Origin: Spirochaetia bacterium | GTDB lineage: Bacteria; Spirochaetota; Spirochaetia; CAKZLE01 | Direction of reading: 5' to 3' | NCBI GenBank assembly: GCA_963677595.1 | Contig: OY782041.1 | Location: 3,680,001-3,744,000, forward strand | DNA: 64,000 nt | Part shown: positions 1 through 12,138 of the stretch, one piece after another | Numbering within the stretch: position 1 is the first letter of the stretch | How the letters are laid out: the number at the start of each line of letters is the position of its first letter | The notes under the pieces: generated by a model | What the model saw: the letters and a program-made list of their open reading frames with translations, nothing else | What the model was told of the DNA's origin: nothing | The model's database searches: none | Program-made: the position numbers and the translations under genes

Positions 1-2
1 TT

Positions 3-197
3 GGGAAGAGGCTGAGACTCGATTCCTCAAAACAGCGAAACGAAGAGCTTGAGGAGCTGCGACGATTTGCCCAACAGGGGATCCTGAAGCCCGTGGTGGA
101 TCGCAGCTTCCCGCTCGAGGAGATCGTTGAGGCCAATCGGTACTGCGAGAGCGGGGCCAAGCGGGGGAGTGTCGCGATTACTGTTATCAAAGAATAG
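3..197 (+). CDS. 3' end of a medium-chain (zinc-binding-type) NAD(P)-dependent dehydrogenase/quinone reductase, truncated by window edge
   Basis: Manual translation ...LEELRRFAQQGILKPVVDRSFPLEEIVEANRYCESGAKRGSVAITVIKE*, matching the typical MDR C-terminus (KPVIDRxFPLEExxEAxxYxESGxxxGKVVI); not in ORF track. Confidence 0.8.
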   Translation, partial: GKRLRLDSSKQRNEELEELRRFAQQGILKPVVDRSFPLEEIVEANRYCESGAKRGSVAITVIKE

Positions 198-1203
198 TAA
201 GATCAGCAGCAACGTCTTCCTGAAATGATGAGCTGAAGGCTTTATCATAGACTTCATCAAGACTCTTAAGCGCCTCTGGACTCCAGTTCGCACCCCTCTC
301 GATCTCATACAGATAGTTGTTTCTTGACCTGACCCTGTATCTGGGTATCAGGATGACTTTTTCAATTGAAGGAGCATAATTAAGATGGTAGAGGCACATT
401 CTGAGATGGACTATGTATGCCCTCAGGATTATCGTCTCATCATCAGACTGAAAGAACGTCTCATAAGGTCTGTGCATGCGTTTTGCAGCCATGATGTCCC
501 TGTCGAGGTAGATTCCATTCTTATTCGCATAGCTGTATAAGACCTTTAACGTTTTCAGATACTGCGGTGAGACATTCCTCTCTTTATGGTAGTCAAGGTG
601 AGTCAAGAATTCATCGTATTCATTCACGACTACTTCACAAATCTCATTTCCTGAGGAATCAAAACCCCAGTATTCGATATCTTCCCAGGGGCCATGATCA
701 TTATAGAATCCTTCAGCAGGTAGTTCCTTGACCCTGATGATGTCTCTTTTCACAGCAGCCTGAAATTTCCTTTTCATGGGATAGTCGGCATCGAACAATT
801 TGTATTGGAATACCTTATCCTGTTGATAATCGGTATCGACTGGACATAAGCTTTCCAGCACCTCCTTCCAATCAGGATTGGTATGGGGCCACAAGAGAAT
901 CAGATCAGCTTTAAAGAATGTGTATCCCTCAAACTTTTCAAACTCATGCTCATTGCAGACCAGCAGATCTATATCCTGCAGCCCCCCGAGGAAGCTTCGC
1001 TTTATGGTAGCCCCATATTTTGTGCGTCGAATTTCTTTATCTGTTGCAAGGACGAGCAGCAGATCAATATCATTGGGTTGTGGACTACCCTTGGAAAATG
1101 ATCCGAAAATGTACAGGGACTTTACCAGTGGTTGAAAACTGCATTGCATGAATCTCTTCAAGAATTTCCCATATAATTGGATTGCTTCATCTCGCTGCAT
1201 CAT
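187..1203 (-). CDS. Pol-beta-superfamily nucleotidyltransferase (MNT-like) domain protein with long unknown C-terminal region
   Basis: YIFGSFSKGSPQPNDIDLLLV = hGS..DxD motif, later DIDLLV; GAGGTG RBS before ATG at 1203; visibly more AT-rich than flanks. Confidence 0.75.
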   Translation of the reverse strand: MMQRDEAIQLYGKFLKRFMQCSFQPLVKSLYIFGSFSKGSPQPNDIDLLLVLATDKEIRRTKYGATIKRSFLGGLQDIDLLVCNEHEFEKFEGYTFFKADLILLWPHTNPDWKEVLESLCPVDTDYQQDKVFQYKLFDADYPMKRKFQAAVKRDIIRVKELPAEGFYNDHGPWEDIEYWGFDSSGNEICEVVVNEYDEFLTHLDYHKERNVSPQYLKTLKVLYSYANKNGIYLDRDIMAAKRMHRPYETFFQSDDETIILRAYIVHLRMCLYHLNYAPSIEKVILIPRYRVRSRNNYLYEIERGANWSPEALKSLDEVYDKAFSSSFQEDVAADLTIL

Positions 1204-1422
1204 ACACCTCAAAACTAAAAACAAAGAATAACACCTGCGTGCTATATGTAATATAAAACTATGGTATCACAGAGAGGGAGGTAAAAAAAGTTGCTAATAC
1301 GAGGTATGTCAAGCTAAAGAGTTCAGCTATGTGCCCTGTTGGATCGGGATGTACGTGTGTACTCAGGTGGGCAGTTGAATACCCGGAAACGTGGCTTATG
1401 GTGTGAACTAAACAGGCCAAAT

Positions 1423-1452
1423 AAAAAAGGAGCAGACCTGAAGTCCGCTCCC
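1423..1452 (-). terminator. Rho-independent terminator downstream of groES
   Basis: GGAGCGGAC-loop-GTCTGCTCC hairpin followed by T6 on minus strand. Confidence 0.7.
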
Positions 1453-1475
1453 GTTCACTGAAAGACTGATGCGTG

Positions 1476-1748
1476 CTAGTCGATTACAGCGAGGATATCA
1501 GCCATGTTGACGAGCAGGTGATCGACACCGTCTACCTTGATGGCAGTCCCGGCATACTTGTCGTACATGATCTTGTCGCCGACCTTGACGGTGATGGCGT
1601 CATCATCGGTGCCGACAGCGACGACGACAGCTGTCTGAGTCTTCTCCTGAGCTGTCTGCGGGATGAAAATCCCTGATGCTGTCTTCTCTTCTACCTGTTC
1701 AGTCTTTACCAGAACTCTGTCCCCAATCGGTTTGATTGTCATTATCAT
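1476..1748 (-). CDS. groES: Co-chaperonin GroES
   Basis: IKPIGDRVLVK...EEKTASGIFIP...VKVGDKIMYDKYAGT...DILAVI. Confidence 0.97.
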   Translation of the reverse strand: MIMTIKPIGDRVLVKTEQVEEKTASGIFIPQTAQEKTQTAVVVAVGTDDDAITVKVGDKIMYDKYAGTAIKVDGVDHLLVNMADILAVID

Positions 1749-1937
1749 CGACCTCCATATTCTTATGTTATTGATTGTACGGATTATTCCTAGAAAATAT
1801 AGGCATGTTGGCCCGCAAGGTCAAGTATTTTCGATGAAAAGCGGTTGAAATCGGTCATGAACAGCCGATATACACCAGATAACAGATTGTTATACTTTTC
1901 TCTTGTCTTTGTCGGGACACCTTCGTATATTAAGCCC

Positions 1938-2465
1938 ATGAGAGAGGTTAGGGAACTGATAGAACAGGGAAAGCATGAACTCTTCGAGAACAGGTCGGAT
2001 GTGAGCGTACATACCTTCAAGGAAGCGCTCTGCTCCTGTGGAGACGATGATCCCATGTGCATGGGGGAGATCTTCTTCTTCCTCGGACTGGCCTACCGGA
2101 ACCTCGGGCATACGCAGTATGCCCTGCGCTGCTGGGAGAACGCGTCCTTCATCAGGGACAAGCAGGATGAGATCAATGACAAGGACTGGAGGGTGTTCCA
2201 CACGATCCAGACGAGTCGCTACCTCATCGGCAAGGGGACGGGCAAGTTCGACACCATCGCCGAGAGCGACATGATCCATGACCTCATCAGGATGACCTGG
2301 TATGAGATCTGCGATCTCGAGGGCTTGAGGAAGATGTCCTATTATGAACGGTGCGGCTATTACCGCTCCATCAGGATCTCCTTTCCAGAGATCACCTTGA
2401 GGAATATGGTCGAGAATACTCCCGATTCGGGTCAAATTGTCCCATTTATGAAGCCCAAACATTGA
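1938..2465 (+). CDS. Hypothetical protein with a TPR-like helix pair
   Basis: FFFLGLAYRNLGHTQYALRCWENA is TPR-like; start placed at ATG 1938 (GC-rich codon usage begins there; promoter TTGTCT-17-TATATT ends 6 nt upstream). Confidence 0.6.
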   Translation: MREVRELIEQGKHELFENRSDVSVHTFKEALCSCGDDDPMCMGEIFFFLGLAYRNLGHTQYALRCWENASFIRDKQDEINDKDWRVFHTIQTSRYLIGKGTGKFDTIAESDMIHDLIRMTWYEICDLEGLRKMSYYERCGYYRSIRISFPEITLRNMVENTPDSGQIVPFMKPKH

Positions 2466-2634
2466 ACTGGGTAGATTTGACACAGTTTTCCTCAGATCTT
2501 GGCCTGCTGTGTCGTTTTGATACGGTTCTTCCTGCGATGTCCTGATTGGAGTCTCAAGGGAGAACTGCGGTAATTACCTTGTATATCTATACCTTGTAAA
2601 AAATAACCTAATTTTACATCTAACTCTTCGTGTT

Positions 2635-2651
2635 TTGGCATGGTTGTTGCT
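2635..2651 (+). promoter_or_regulatory. Sigma-54 (RpoN) -24/-12 promoter
   Basis: TTGGCATGGTTGTTGCT: GG-N10-GC spacing, matches TGGCA-N6-TTGC(A/T) consensus, 28 nt upstream of the start codon. Confidence 0.75.
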
Positions 2652-2678
2652 TTGTTATACACATCAAGGAGGCAACCT

Positions 2679-3548
2679 ATGAAAAAGAGTGCTAACTACA
2701 TCGAGAATTCATACCAGGAAGATGAGAACATCCTCTCGATCTACCTGAAAGAGATAAACAGGATCCCGCTGCTCACACGTGAGGAGGAGGTCGATCTTGC
2801 AACCCGTGCTGCCGCAGGCGAGGAGTTCGCTGCCAAGAAGCTGATCGAGTCCAACCTGAGGTTCGTCGTCAATGTTGCCAAGAAATACCAGAACCAGGGA
2901 CTCCCGCTGATCGACCTGATCAACGAGGGGAACATCGGGCTCATGAACGCCATCGAGCGCTACGATGTGGAGAAGGGCTACCACTTCATATCATATGCCG
3001 TATGGTGGATCCGACAGGCGATCCTGAAGGCTGTGTATGAGAAGTCCCGGACCATCAGGCTGCCGCTGAACAGGTCGAACGAGCTGCTCCAGATCCAGAA
3101 GGCCCAGAAGGAGCTGACCGGGCTCAAGGGCGAGGAGCCAGAGCTGCACGAGATAGCCCGCATGACCCAGCTCGATGAACAGCATATAGCTGACCTCCTG
3201 AACATCTCTAGGGACATGGTCTCACTCGAGACCCCGATCTTCGCCGACAAGAACAATTCCGAGCTTGGCGACTTCATCGAGGATGAGGACTACAAGAACC
3301 CTGAGCAGGAGGCTATCGAGAGCTCACTGCGGAACGAGATCAACAAGGTCCTCGATACCCTCTCCGACAAGGAGTCTGAGATCATCCAGTACCGGTACGG
3401 TCTCAACGGGAAGAACCCCCTCTCCCTCAAGGAGATCGGGGACATCTTCAACCTTACCAAGGAGCGGATCAGGCAGATCGAGAAGAAGGCGCTCGAGAGA
3501 CTGAGACATCCTTCCCGGAGTAAATACCTTGAGGCGTATACCGCCTAG
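2679..3548 (+). CDS. RNA polymerase sigma-70 family factor (short RpoD/RpoS-like, no region 1.1)
   Basis: YLKEINRIPLLTREEE (1.2), NLRFVVNVAKKY, DLINEGNIGLM, FISYAVWWIRQAI (2.x), LKEIGDIFNLTKERIRQIEKKAL (4.2); AGGAGG RBS. Confidence 0.93.
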   Translation: MKKSANYIENSYQEDENILSIYLKEINRIPLLTREEEVDLATRAAAGEEFAAKKLIESNLRFVVNVAKKYQNQGLPLIDLINEGNIGLMNAIERYDVEKGYHFISYAVWWIRQAILKAVYEKSRTIRLPLNRSNELLQIQKAQKELTGLKGEEPELHEIARMTQLDEQHIADLLNISRDMVSLETPIFADKNNSELGDFIEDEDYKNPEQEAIESSLRNEINKVLDTLSDKESEIIQYRYGLNGKNPLSLKEIGDIFNLTKERIRQIEKKALERLRHPSRSKYLEAYTA

Positions 3549-3689
3549 GAACAATAGAAACCCTGTAGTTGTGTGTTAAAGCTGCAATAGAGTCCGTGTT
3601 CTGTTTCTTGACAGACCGGACTCTTTTAACATACATTTGAACGTAGCAATGTGGTTAAAATATTCAATGAAATTGGAGGTTGTGATTTC

Positions 3690-6383
<2,694 letters not shown>

Positions 6384-6411
6384 TAGACCTGACACCATGT
6401 ATTGTTAATCT

Positions 6412-6441
6412 GCAGGGACTGGAAGTGATTCCAGTCCCTGC
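6412..6441 (+). terminator. Hairpin/terminator after ppdK
   Basis: GCAGGGACTGGAA-GTGA-TTCCAGTCCCTGC perfect 13-bp stem. Confidence 0.75.
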
Positions 6442-6505
6442 TTAGTATCTCCTACCTTCAGGCTCCAGGGCTATACTTACCATCACATACACAAAGGAAA
6501 CAGCT

Positions 6506-6724
6506 ATGTAAGGTACATACCGACCGCTCCTGACTGCCGTATCCATGTCGCCCTTCATGAGCATCACGATATCGATCGTATTCATCCTCATCATAACTGG
6601 CTATGATGACGGCTTCTTCGGGAGGCTCCTCTTCTCGATCGGCGTCAGTTTCTTCATTGCCCTGCCGACCTCACTGGTATTCGGACCGATATCTGAGAAG
6701 ATCGTTTCCAGGCTGGTCACATAG
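6506..6724 (+). pseudogene. DUF2798-like small membrane protein, with in-frame stop at codon 2 (or restart at ATG 6545)
   Basis: AAAGGAAA RBS, ATG-TAA, then in frame GTYRPLLTAVSMSPFMSITISIVFILIITGYDDGFFGRLLFSIGVSFFIALPTSLVFGPISEKIVSRLVT*. Confidence 0.6.
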
Positions 6725-6857
6725 GGACAAACTGGACCCGTTACATTCCCGTAAAACTTTTGGATCTGTTTCTCATTTTACCCTTTCCATTTTAGAAGAA
6801 TTCCCATATAGTATGCAAAAACTTGTATAAATATACATAAAATATGAGGGGAGTGAG

Positions 6858-7874
6858 ATGAGAAGAATCGTGATCCTGGGAATCAATCTCGTACTGATGC
6901 TGGCTGTATCATCAGTCGTATTTGCCGGGGGGCAGACGGAAACTGCTGTGAATGACAAGCCCGTGACCTTGAAGCTGGCTGTGGAAAGTGCTGTGGGGAC
7001 ACCTGGTGACCTTTCGGCGAATGATTTCAAGCGTATCGTGGAAGAGAAGTCTAACGGGATGATCAAGATCGAGTACTATCCTGCGGGACAGCTGGGTACG
7101 GGTGATGACCTGACAGAAGCCATGCAGACCGGTACGGTCGATATGAGCTGGAGGGTGCTGGACTGGTACTCCAAGTTCGAGAACGGCTGGAACATCCTGC
7201 TGCTCGGGTTCACCTTCGTCAACCAGGAACACCTCGAAACGTTCCTTGCCAGTGACAAGCATGCCGAGTTCAAGGATGAGCTCATACAGAAAGCCGGGAT
7301 CAGGATCATTTCTGACAATGGCATCGGATCTCCAAGGGTCTTGATCTCAAAGACACCGGTGACCTCCCCTGAGGACATGAAGGGCATGAATATGCGGGTC
7401 CCCGGGATCGCCATGTACCAGAAGACCTGGAGCGCAGTCGGCGTCAACATCGTCTCCGTCCCCTGGGGAGAGGCCTACATGGCCTTGAAGCAGGGAGTTG
7501 CTGATGCCCTCGAGTCACCGCTCGGGTCGATCTACGGCATGAAGTTCTTTGAGGCTGCGAAGAACATCACCCTCACCAACCACCTCTTCAGCCCCTATGT
7601 CATGGCACTGAACGAGAACTCCTTCCAGAGACTCTCTCCTGAACTGCAGCAGATCCTCATCGATTCAGCTCAGGAAGCCGGGGAACTCTTCGTCAGCTAT
7701 GACCAGGAGTCTGTCAACAGCAGGAAGCAGGAGATGATCGACAGCGGTGTCCAGTTCATCGAGGAGTTCGACATCAATGCCTTCCAGGCCAAGGTCTCCT
7801 CAAGTGCTGCAAGCTTGGAGCAGGACGGCATGTGGCCAGAAGGCCTGTATGATTATATCCAGGGCCTGAAGTAG
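6858..7874 (+). CDS. dctP: TRAP transporter substrate-binding protein (DctP family)
   Basis: Signal peptide ending AGGQ, YPAGQLG, SPEDMKGMNMRVP, PWGEAYMALKQGVADALE. Confidence 0.92.
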   Translation: MRRIVILGINLVLMLAVSSVVFAGGQTETAVNDKPVTLKLAVESAVGTPGDLSANDFKRIVEEKSNGMIKIEYYPAGQLGTGDDLTEAMQTGTVDMSWRVLDWYSKFENGWNILLLGFTFVNQEHLETFLASDKHAEFKDELIQKAGIRIISDNGIGSPRVLISKTPVTSPEDMKGMNMRVPGIAMYQKTWSAVGVNIVSVPWGEAYMALKQGVADALESPLGSIYGMKFFEAAKNITLTNHLFSPYVMALNENSFQRLSPELQQILIDSAQEAGELFVSYDQESVNSRKQEMIDSGVQFIEEFDINAFQAKVSSSAASLEQDGMWPEGLYDYIQGLK

Positions 7875-7941
7875 GGAAGGGTCTGCGGCAGCGTCGATAC
7901 TACGGCTGCCGCAGCCATTTGAAAAGTTACTGGGAGGCAAG

Positions 7942-8433
7942 GTGAAAGATATCTATCAGAGTGCGCATACGATCATCACACGGCTGTTCATGGCTGTGGT
8001 ATACATAGCCTGTATCGTGATCCCGTTATCGCTGTTCGTCCAGGTAATCTTCAGGTACTTCCTGAACAACCCGCTCCAGGGTATCGAGGAACTGGCAACC
8101 TTCTGCTTCAAGTGCCTTGTTATCTTCGGCAGTGCCGTCCTCTTCAGGGAGAAGAAGCACATCATCGTGGATGTGTTCTTCCAGAAATTCGATGCACGGG
8201 GACAGCGAGTCCTGACGTTCGGGAACAACCTTATCATGGCCGCCGTCATCGTGATCCTGATCTACAGCAGCATCAAGGCTGTGCCGATCCAGAAGTTCTA
8301 TGCTTCTGTGGCTCTGGGCATCCCGAGATCTCTCTATACCATCCTGTTCATCATCAGCCTCTCCTACATGTTCATCTGTACCGTTGAGACGATGGTCCAG
8401 GTTGTCAGAATGGGTAGAGCCCATGAAGCATGA
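7942..8433 (+). CDS. dctQ: TRAP transporter small permease (DctQ family)
   Basis: QVIFRYFLN...EELA...HIIVDVF, four hydrophobic segments. Confidence 0.9.
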   Translation: MKDIYQSAHTIITRLFMAVVYIACIVIPLSLFVQVIFRYFLNNPLQGIEELATFCFKCLVIFGSAVLFREKKHIIVDVFFQKFDARGQRVLTFGNNLIMAAVIVILIYSSIKAVPIQKFYASVALGIPRSLYTILFIISLSYMFICTVETMVQVVRMGRAHEA

Positions 8434-9706
8434 GCTCGCTCCCGCCGATATCATCGTGGTCGGCGGGGGAATGGCCGGAGTCATCTCCGCCCTTGCGGCA
8501 GCAGACCAGGGTTCCCGGGTAGCCATAATAGAACGTGGGAGCTGTCTCGGAGGGACCTTTACCGCAAGTCTTCTCGGTGAGATGAATGCCGTGTATCATA
8601 AGGGGCGGTGTGTCGTCCCTGATACCGGCAGGAAGATCGTCGAGGAGCTGATCTCCCGGGGAGCAGGAGAAGTGCATCCTGCCCTCCCTATGACCTCTAA
8701 CCCAAGAATCAAGGTCGACCGGCTCGCCTATGACAGTGAAGTACTGAAGCTCATCCTTGATGAGGCCGTCCAAGAGTCAGGGATCCGGGTATATTTCCAG
8801 ACAGAGGCGGTCAAGGTCGAGCATATCGGTCAGCAGCAGCTGGCTATACGTCTGTCCAACGGGTATGAACAAAGGACTATAACCGGTACCATCCTGATCG
8901 ATGCGACCGGCAATGCGGAATGTTTCCGGCTGCTCGGGGGCAGAACGGTAAAGAACCCGAAGGAACGATGCCAGCCTGTGACACTCATGTTCCGCCTCGG
9001 GCATGTCGATATAGAAGAATTCCGGAAGATCTCCCCGGAGGAGATCCAGCATCTGATGCTCGAAGGTTTTGGGGCAGGGGTGCTGCCTGCACGTATCCTC
9101 TCCCTGACTGCGATCCCCGGGACCGACGAAGTGGCTGTCAACGCGACGAGGAGTATCCATGTTGATCACGAATCTGCTGAGGATGTCTCTGCTGCACTGA
9201 TGGAGACACGACAACAGGTACGGGTGATATCCTCGTACCTGAAGGAGCATGCCCGGGGATTCAGGGATTCGTTTCTGTCCTCGATAGGCTCCCAACTCGG
9301 GATCCGTGACAGGAGAAGGATCGAAGGTGTCTGTGAACTCACGGGGAAGGACCTCCTCAGCGGGAGGAGGAGTGAAGATGCAGTCGCTCTTGGGACCTAC
9401 CCGGTCGATATCCACAACAGCGAGACCCATTCGGTCGACTTTCACGAGATACCGGGGGACGGCAGGTACTATATCCCATACGGATGCATGGTCTCCGAGG
9501 AGTTCGACAACGTCATCGCTTCGGGGAAATGCATCTCCGCCGATGACACTGCCTATGGGGCAGTACGGGTCATGGGACCGCTGATGAATATCGCTGAGGT
9601 CGCCGGAACTGCAGCGAGCCTTGCCGCACGTCGCAGAATCAGCCTGAAGCAGGTCGATGTGCCTGAGCTTCAGGCAATCCTGCGGAGCAGGGGTATGGAG
9701 GTATGA
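8423..9706 (+). CDS. FAD-dependent oxidoreductase (FAD_oxidored-like family)
   Basis: DIIVVGGGMAGVISALAAA, IDATGNA, GIRDRRRIEG, YYIPYGCM, SGKCIS...RVMG. Confidence 0.88.
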   Translation: MKHELAPADIIVVGGGMAGVISALAAADQGSRVAIIERGSCLGGTFTASLLGEMNAVYHKGRCVVPDTGRKIVEELISRGAGEVHPALPMTSNPRIKVDRLAYDSEVLKLILDEAVQESGIRVYFQTEAVKVEHIGQQQLAIRLSNGYEQRTITGTILIDATGNAECFRLLGGRTVKNPKERCQPVTLMFRLGHVDIEEFRKISPEEIQHLMLEGFGAGVLPARILSLTAIPGTDEVAVNATRSIHVDHESAEDVSAALMETRQQVRVISSYLKEHARGFRDSFLSSIGSQLGIRDRRRIEGVCELTGKDLLSGRRSEDAVALGTYPVDIHNSETHSVDFHEIPGDGRYYIPYGCMVSEEFDNVIASGKCISADDTAYGAVRVMGPLMNIAEVAGTAASLAARRRISLKQVDVPELQAILRSRGMEV

Positions 9707-9740
9707 CAATGAGAGAGAACAACCGCAAGGAGTACTACCG

Positions 9741-11021
9741 ATGGAACTGATGATCATGCTGGTGGCATTTATCATATTTCTCTTGATGGGGGTGCCCGTC
9801 GCCATGACGATGCTCGGCTCGTCCCTCGTCTATATCTTCCTCAATCCCACGATTAACCTCGCGAATGTCACGACCCTGATCCTCAAGGGCGTGAGTGGGT
9901 ATTCCCTGCTGGCGTTGCCGTTATATATCATGGCAGGGGAGATCATGAACTCAGCAGGGATCACCCGACGGCTGTTCAACCTGCCGCTGAGCATCATCGG
10001 ACATATAAAGGGCGGTCTCGCGGTCGTGAACATCCTCGCAAGCATGCTGTTCGCCGGCATGTCGGGTGCGGCGATAGCCGATACGGCAGGGCTTGGGAAG
10101 ATAGAGCTCCAGGCAATGGAGGAAGAGGGGTATGATCGGGGATTCAGCGCGGCTATCACCGCAGCTTCTTCCACGGTTGGCCCCATCATCCCCCCGAGCA
10201 CGACCCTGATCGTGTATGCCGTCGTGGCGGAGGTCTCTGTGGCACGGCTGTTCATCGGGGGATTCCTCCCCGGCATGATCCTGGGGCTTATGATGATCCT
10301 CTACGTCCTCTTCATCGCTTCTCGTCAGTATGACTTCCCCACCCGGGCTAGACAGGACAGGAGTGAGAAGGCCCGGGCGATCAAGGAAGCCTTCTTCCCA
10401 TTGCTGACCCCCCTGATCATCATCCTGGGGATCGTCTCGGGCATCACCACTGCCACTGAGGCAGGGGCAGTCGCAGTCATCTATACCCTTGGCTTAAGCT
10501 ATTACTACAACAGGTTCTCGCTCAAGGATTTCCTCGACATCCTGAAGCGGTCCTCCTATACGACGATCAAGATCTGCTTCATCGTGATCGCCTCCGGGCT
10601 TTTCGGCTGGGTGATCACGATCGCGCAGATACCCGCGATTCTCTCTGATTTCCTGCTCACGGTCGGCATCAGCAAGTGGCTGCTGCTGATCATCATCAAT
10701 GCATGCCTGCTGCTGCTCGGCTGCTTCCTGAGCATCACCTCGTCTATCCTGATCGCCACACCGACCCTCGTCGCCCTGGCAGCCATCTATAACATCGACC
10801 TGATCCATCTGGGGATCATCATGACCCTGAACCTGACTATTGGCCTGCTCACGCCGCCTGTAGGGTGGAACCTCTATATCGTGAGTGAGCTTGCAGGTAT
10901 TTCCTTTGACAGGATGGTAAAGAGTGTGCTCCCTCTGTTGATCCCGTTATTCATAGCCTTGCTCGTCATGACCTATGTACCGGGTACGGTACTCTGGCTG
11001 CCGAACCTGCTGCTGAAGTAG
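9741..11021 (+). CDS. dctM: TRAP transporter large permease (DctM family)
   Basis: LLALPLYIMAGEIM, FAGMSGAAIAD, GPIIPPS, IGLLTPPVG; AAGGAG RBS before ATG 9741. Confidence 0.93.
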   Translation: MELMIMLVAFIIFLLMGVPVAMTMLGSSLVYIFLNPTINLANVTTLILKGVSGYSLLALPLYIMAGEIMNSAGITRRLFNLPLSIIGHIKGGLAVVNILASMLFAGMSGAAIADTAGLGKIELQAMEEEGYDRGFSAAITAASSTVGPIIPPSTTLIVYAVVAEVSVARLFIGGFLPGMILGLMMILYVLFIASRQYDFPTRARQDRSEKARAIKEAFFPLLTPLIIILGIVSGITTATEAGAVAVIYTLGLSYYYNRFSLKDFLDILKRSSYTTIKICFIVIASGLFGWVITIAQIPAILSDFLLTVGISKWLLLIIINACLLLLGCFLSITSSILIATPTLVALAAIYNIDLIHLGIIMTLNLTIGLLTPPVGWNLYIVSELAGISFDRMVKSVLPLLIPLFIALLVMTYVPGTVLWLPNLLLK

Positions 11022-11029
11022 GAAGCTCG

Positions 11030-11722
11030 TCAATCAGAGATCTCAAGGCTGAGGTTGAGAGATGACTGCTGGGTAAGCTCCTTGAGGAGGACATTCCAGA
11101 GGACCACCAGGCCGGTGATCTCAAGGGTCTCCTCGAAGGTGGTGACCAGGCCGTAGAGAAGATTCGCTTCCCCCCTCGAGGAGGCGATCATTCCCCCGAC
11201 CAGCTCGATTCCGAGCGCCCCGCCGACATAGAGGACACCTGCAGCGAAGAGGCCGAGTTTCAGCTCCCTGGAGAGTGAGAGGTAGAATCGGAGGAGGTAG
11301 AGGGCCAAGAGCAGGAGGAGCGGGATGAAGACGACCACCCAGGAGAAATGGAAGGCCCCTGTAAAACCGAGAGCCCGCAAGGGATCGATCAGCAGTTCAT
11401 GGAGGCTGCTCAACTCATCGAGTGAGAAGAAGGTGAATATACCCGCTAGGACCTTGAACTTCCTACTTGTCTTCGGGTCCTTTGAACTCCGTACACGACC
11501 ATTAAGATAGAAGAGGAAGGCCCCGCCTGCCAGCAGGAGGGAGGAGAAGATAGTCGGTATGTTCGACTCCTTATCGAGGTTGAACTCGGGGACCAGCCCA
11601 TAGATGAACCCATGGTCGAACACGAATGTCGAGATATTGGCACCGATGCTCAGCACGACGAGTATGATCTCGATGAGTACCAGGCTGTGTATGATCCGCT
11701 TCCTGCTGTAGTACCAGTGCAT
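11030..11722 (-). CDS. Multi-pass membrane protein of unknown function
   Basis: Several TM segments with polar motifs FNLDKESNIPT, DELSSLHE, EETLE; GGAGGG RBS before ATG 11722. Confidence 0.7.
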   Translation of the reverse strand: MHWYYSRKRIIHSLVLIEIILVVLSIGANISTFVFDHGFIYGLVPEFNLDKESNIPTIFSSLLLAGGAFLFYLNGRVRSSKDPKTSRKFKVLAGIFTFFSLDELSSLHELLIDPLRALGFTGAFHFSWVVVFIPLLLLLALYLLRFYLSLSRELKLGLFAAGVLYVGGALGIELVGGMIASSRGEANLLYGLVTTFEETLEITGLVVLWNVLLKELTQQSSLNLSLEISD

Positions 11723-11856
11723 ATAACCCTCCAAATTGTTCCTGTACTGACGTAAGACAGTATACACTGCCGACAGTATTTTTCAATGTCCTTTTAGGCC
11801 AGGACTGTATGATCATCACCCTTGAAACATCCATGATCCGATGCTACTATATATGT

Positions 11857-12138
11857 ATGAGAAAAACAGTTACGTTAGATCCAGTAGTTGAGGGACTCGT
11901 TCGCGCGGCAATGCAGGAATCCAGGAAAAGTTTCAAGGAACTGGTCAATACCGCATTGCTCCATGAGTTGGCAGGATACCAGAAGAACGAAAAGCCTTTT
12001 GTGATCACAGAGACTCAAGCCATGGGTGTAAGACCTGGTATCGATGAGACTGACTTCAACAACGTTGCTGATGAGCTGGAACTTGGTTCCTTCCTTGAAG
12101 TTGCTGGGAAACTGCGAGAGGGTTGCTCAAGATCATGA
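11857..12138 (+). CDS. VapB-like ribbon-helix-helix antitoxin (orphan)
   Basis: MRKTVTLDPVVEGLVRAAMQESRKSFKELVNTAL resembles MRTTVTLDDD...SFKEAVNEAL antitoxins; C-terminal MGVRPGID...NVADELE. Confidence 0.7.
   Translation: MRKTVTLDPVVEGLVRAAMQESRKSFKELVNTALLHELAGYQKNEKPFVITETQAMGVRPGIDETDFNNVADELELGSFLEVAGKLREGCSRS

Noticed and set aside
1476-1748. groES without adjacent groEL
   Set aside because: Split groES/groEL is normal in Borrelia/Treponema-type spirochaetes; no CIRCE element seen
6603-6830. 75-aa ORF in the track
   Set aside because: Different frame from the DUF2798-like ORF, low-complexity, no RBS
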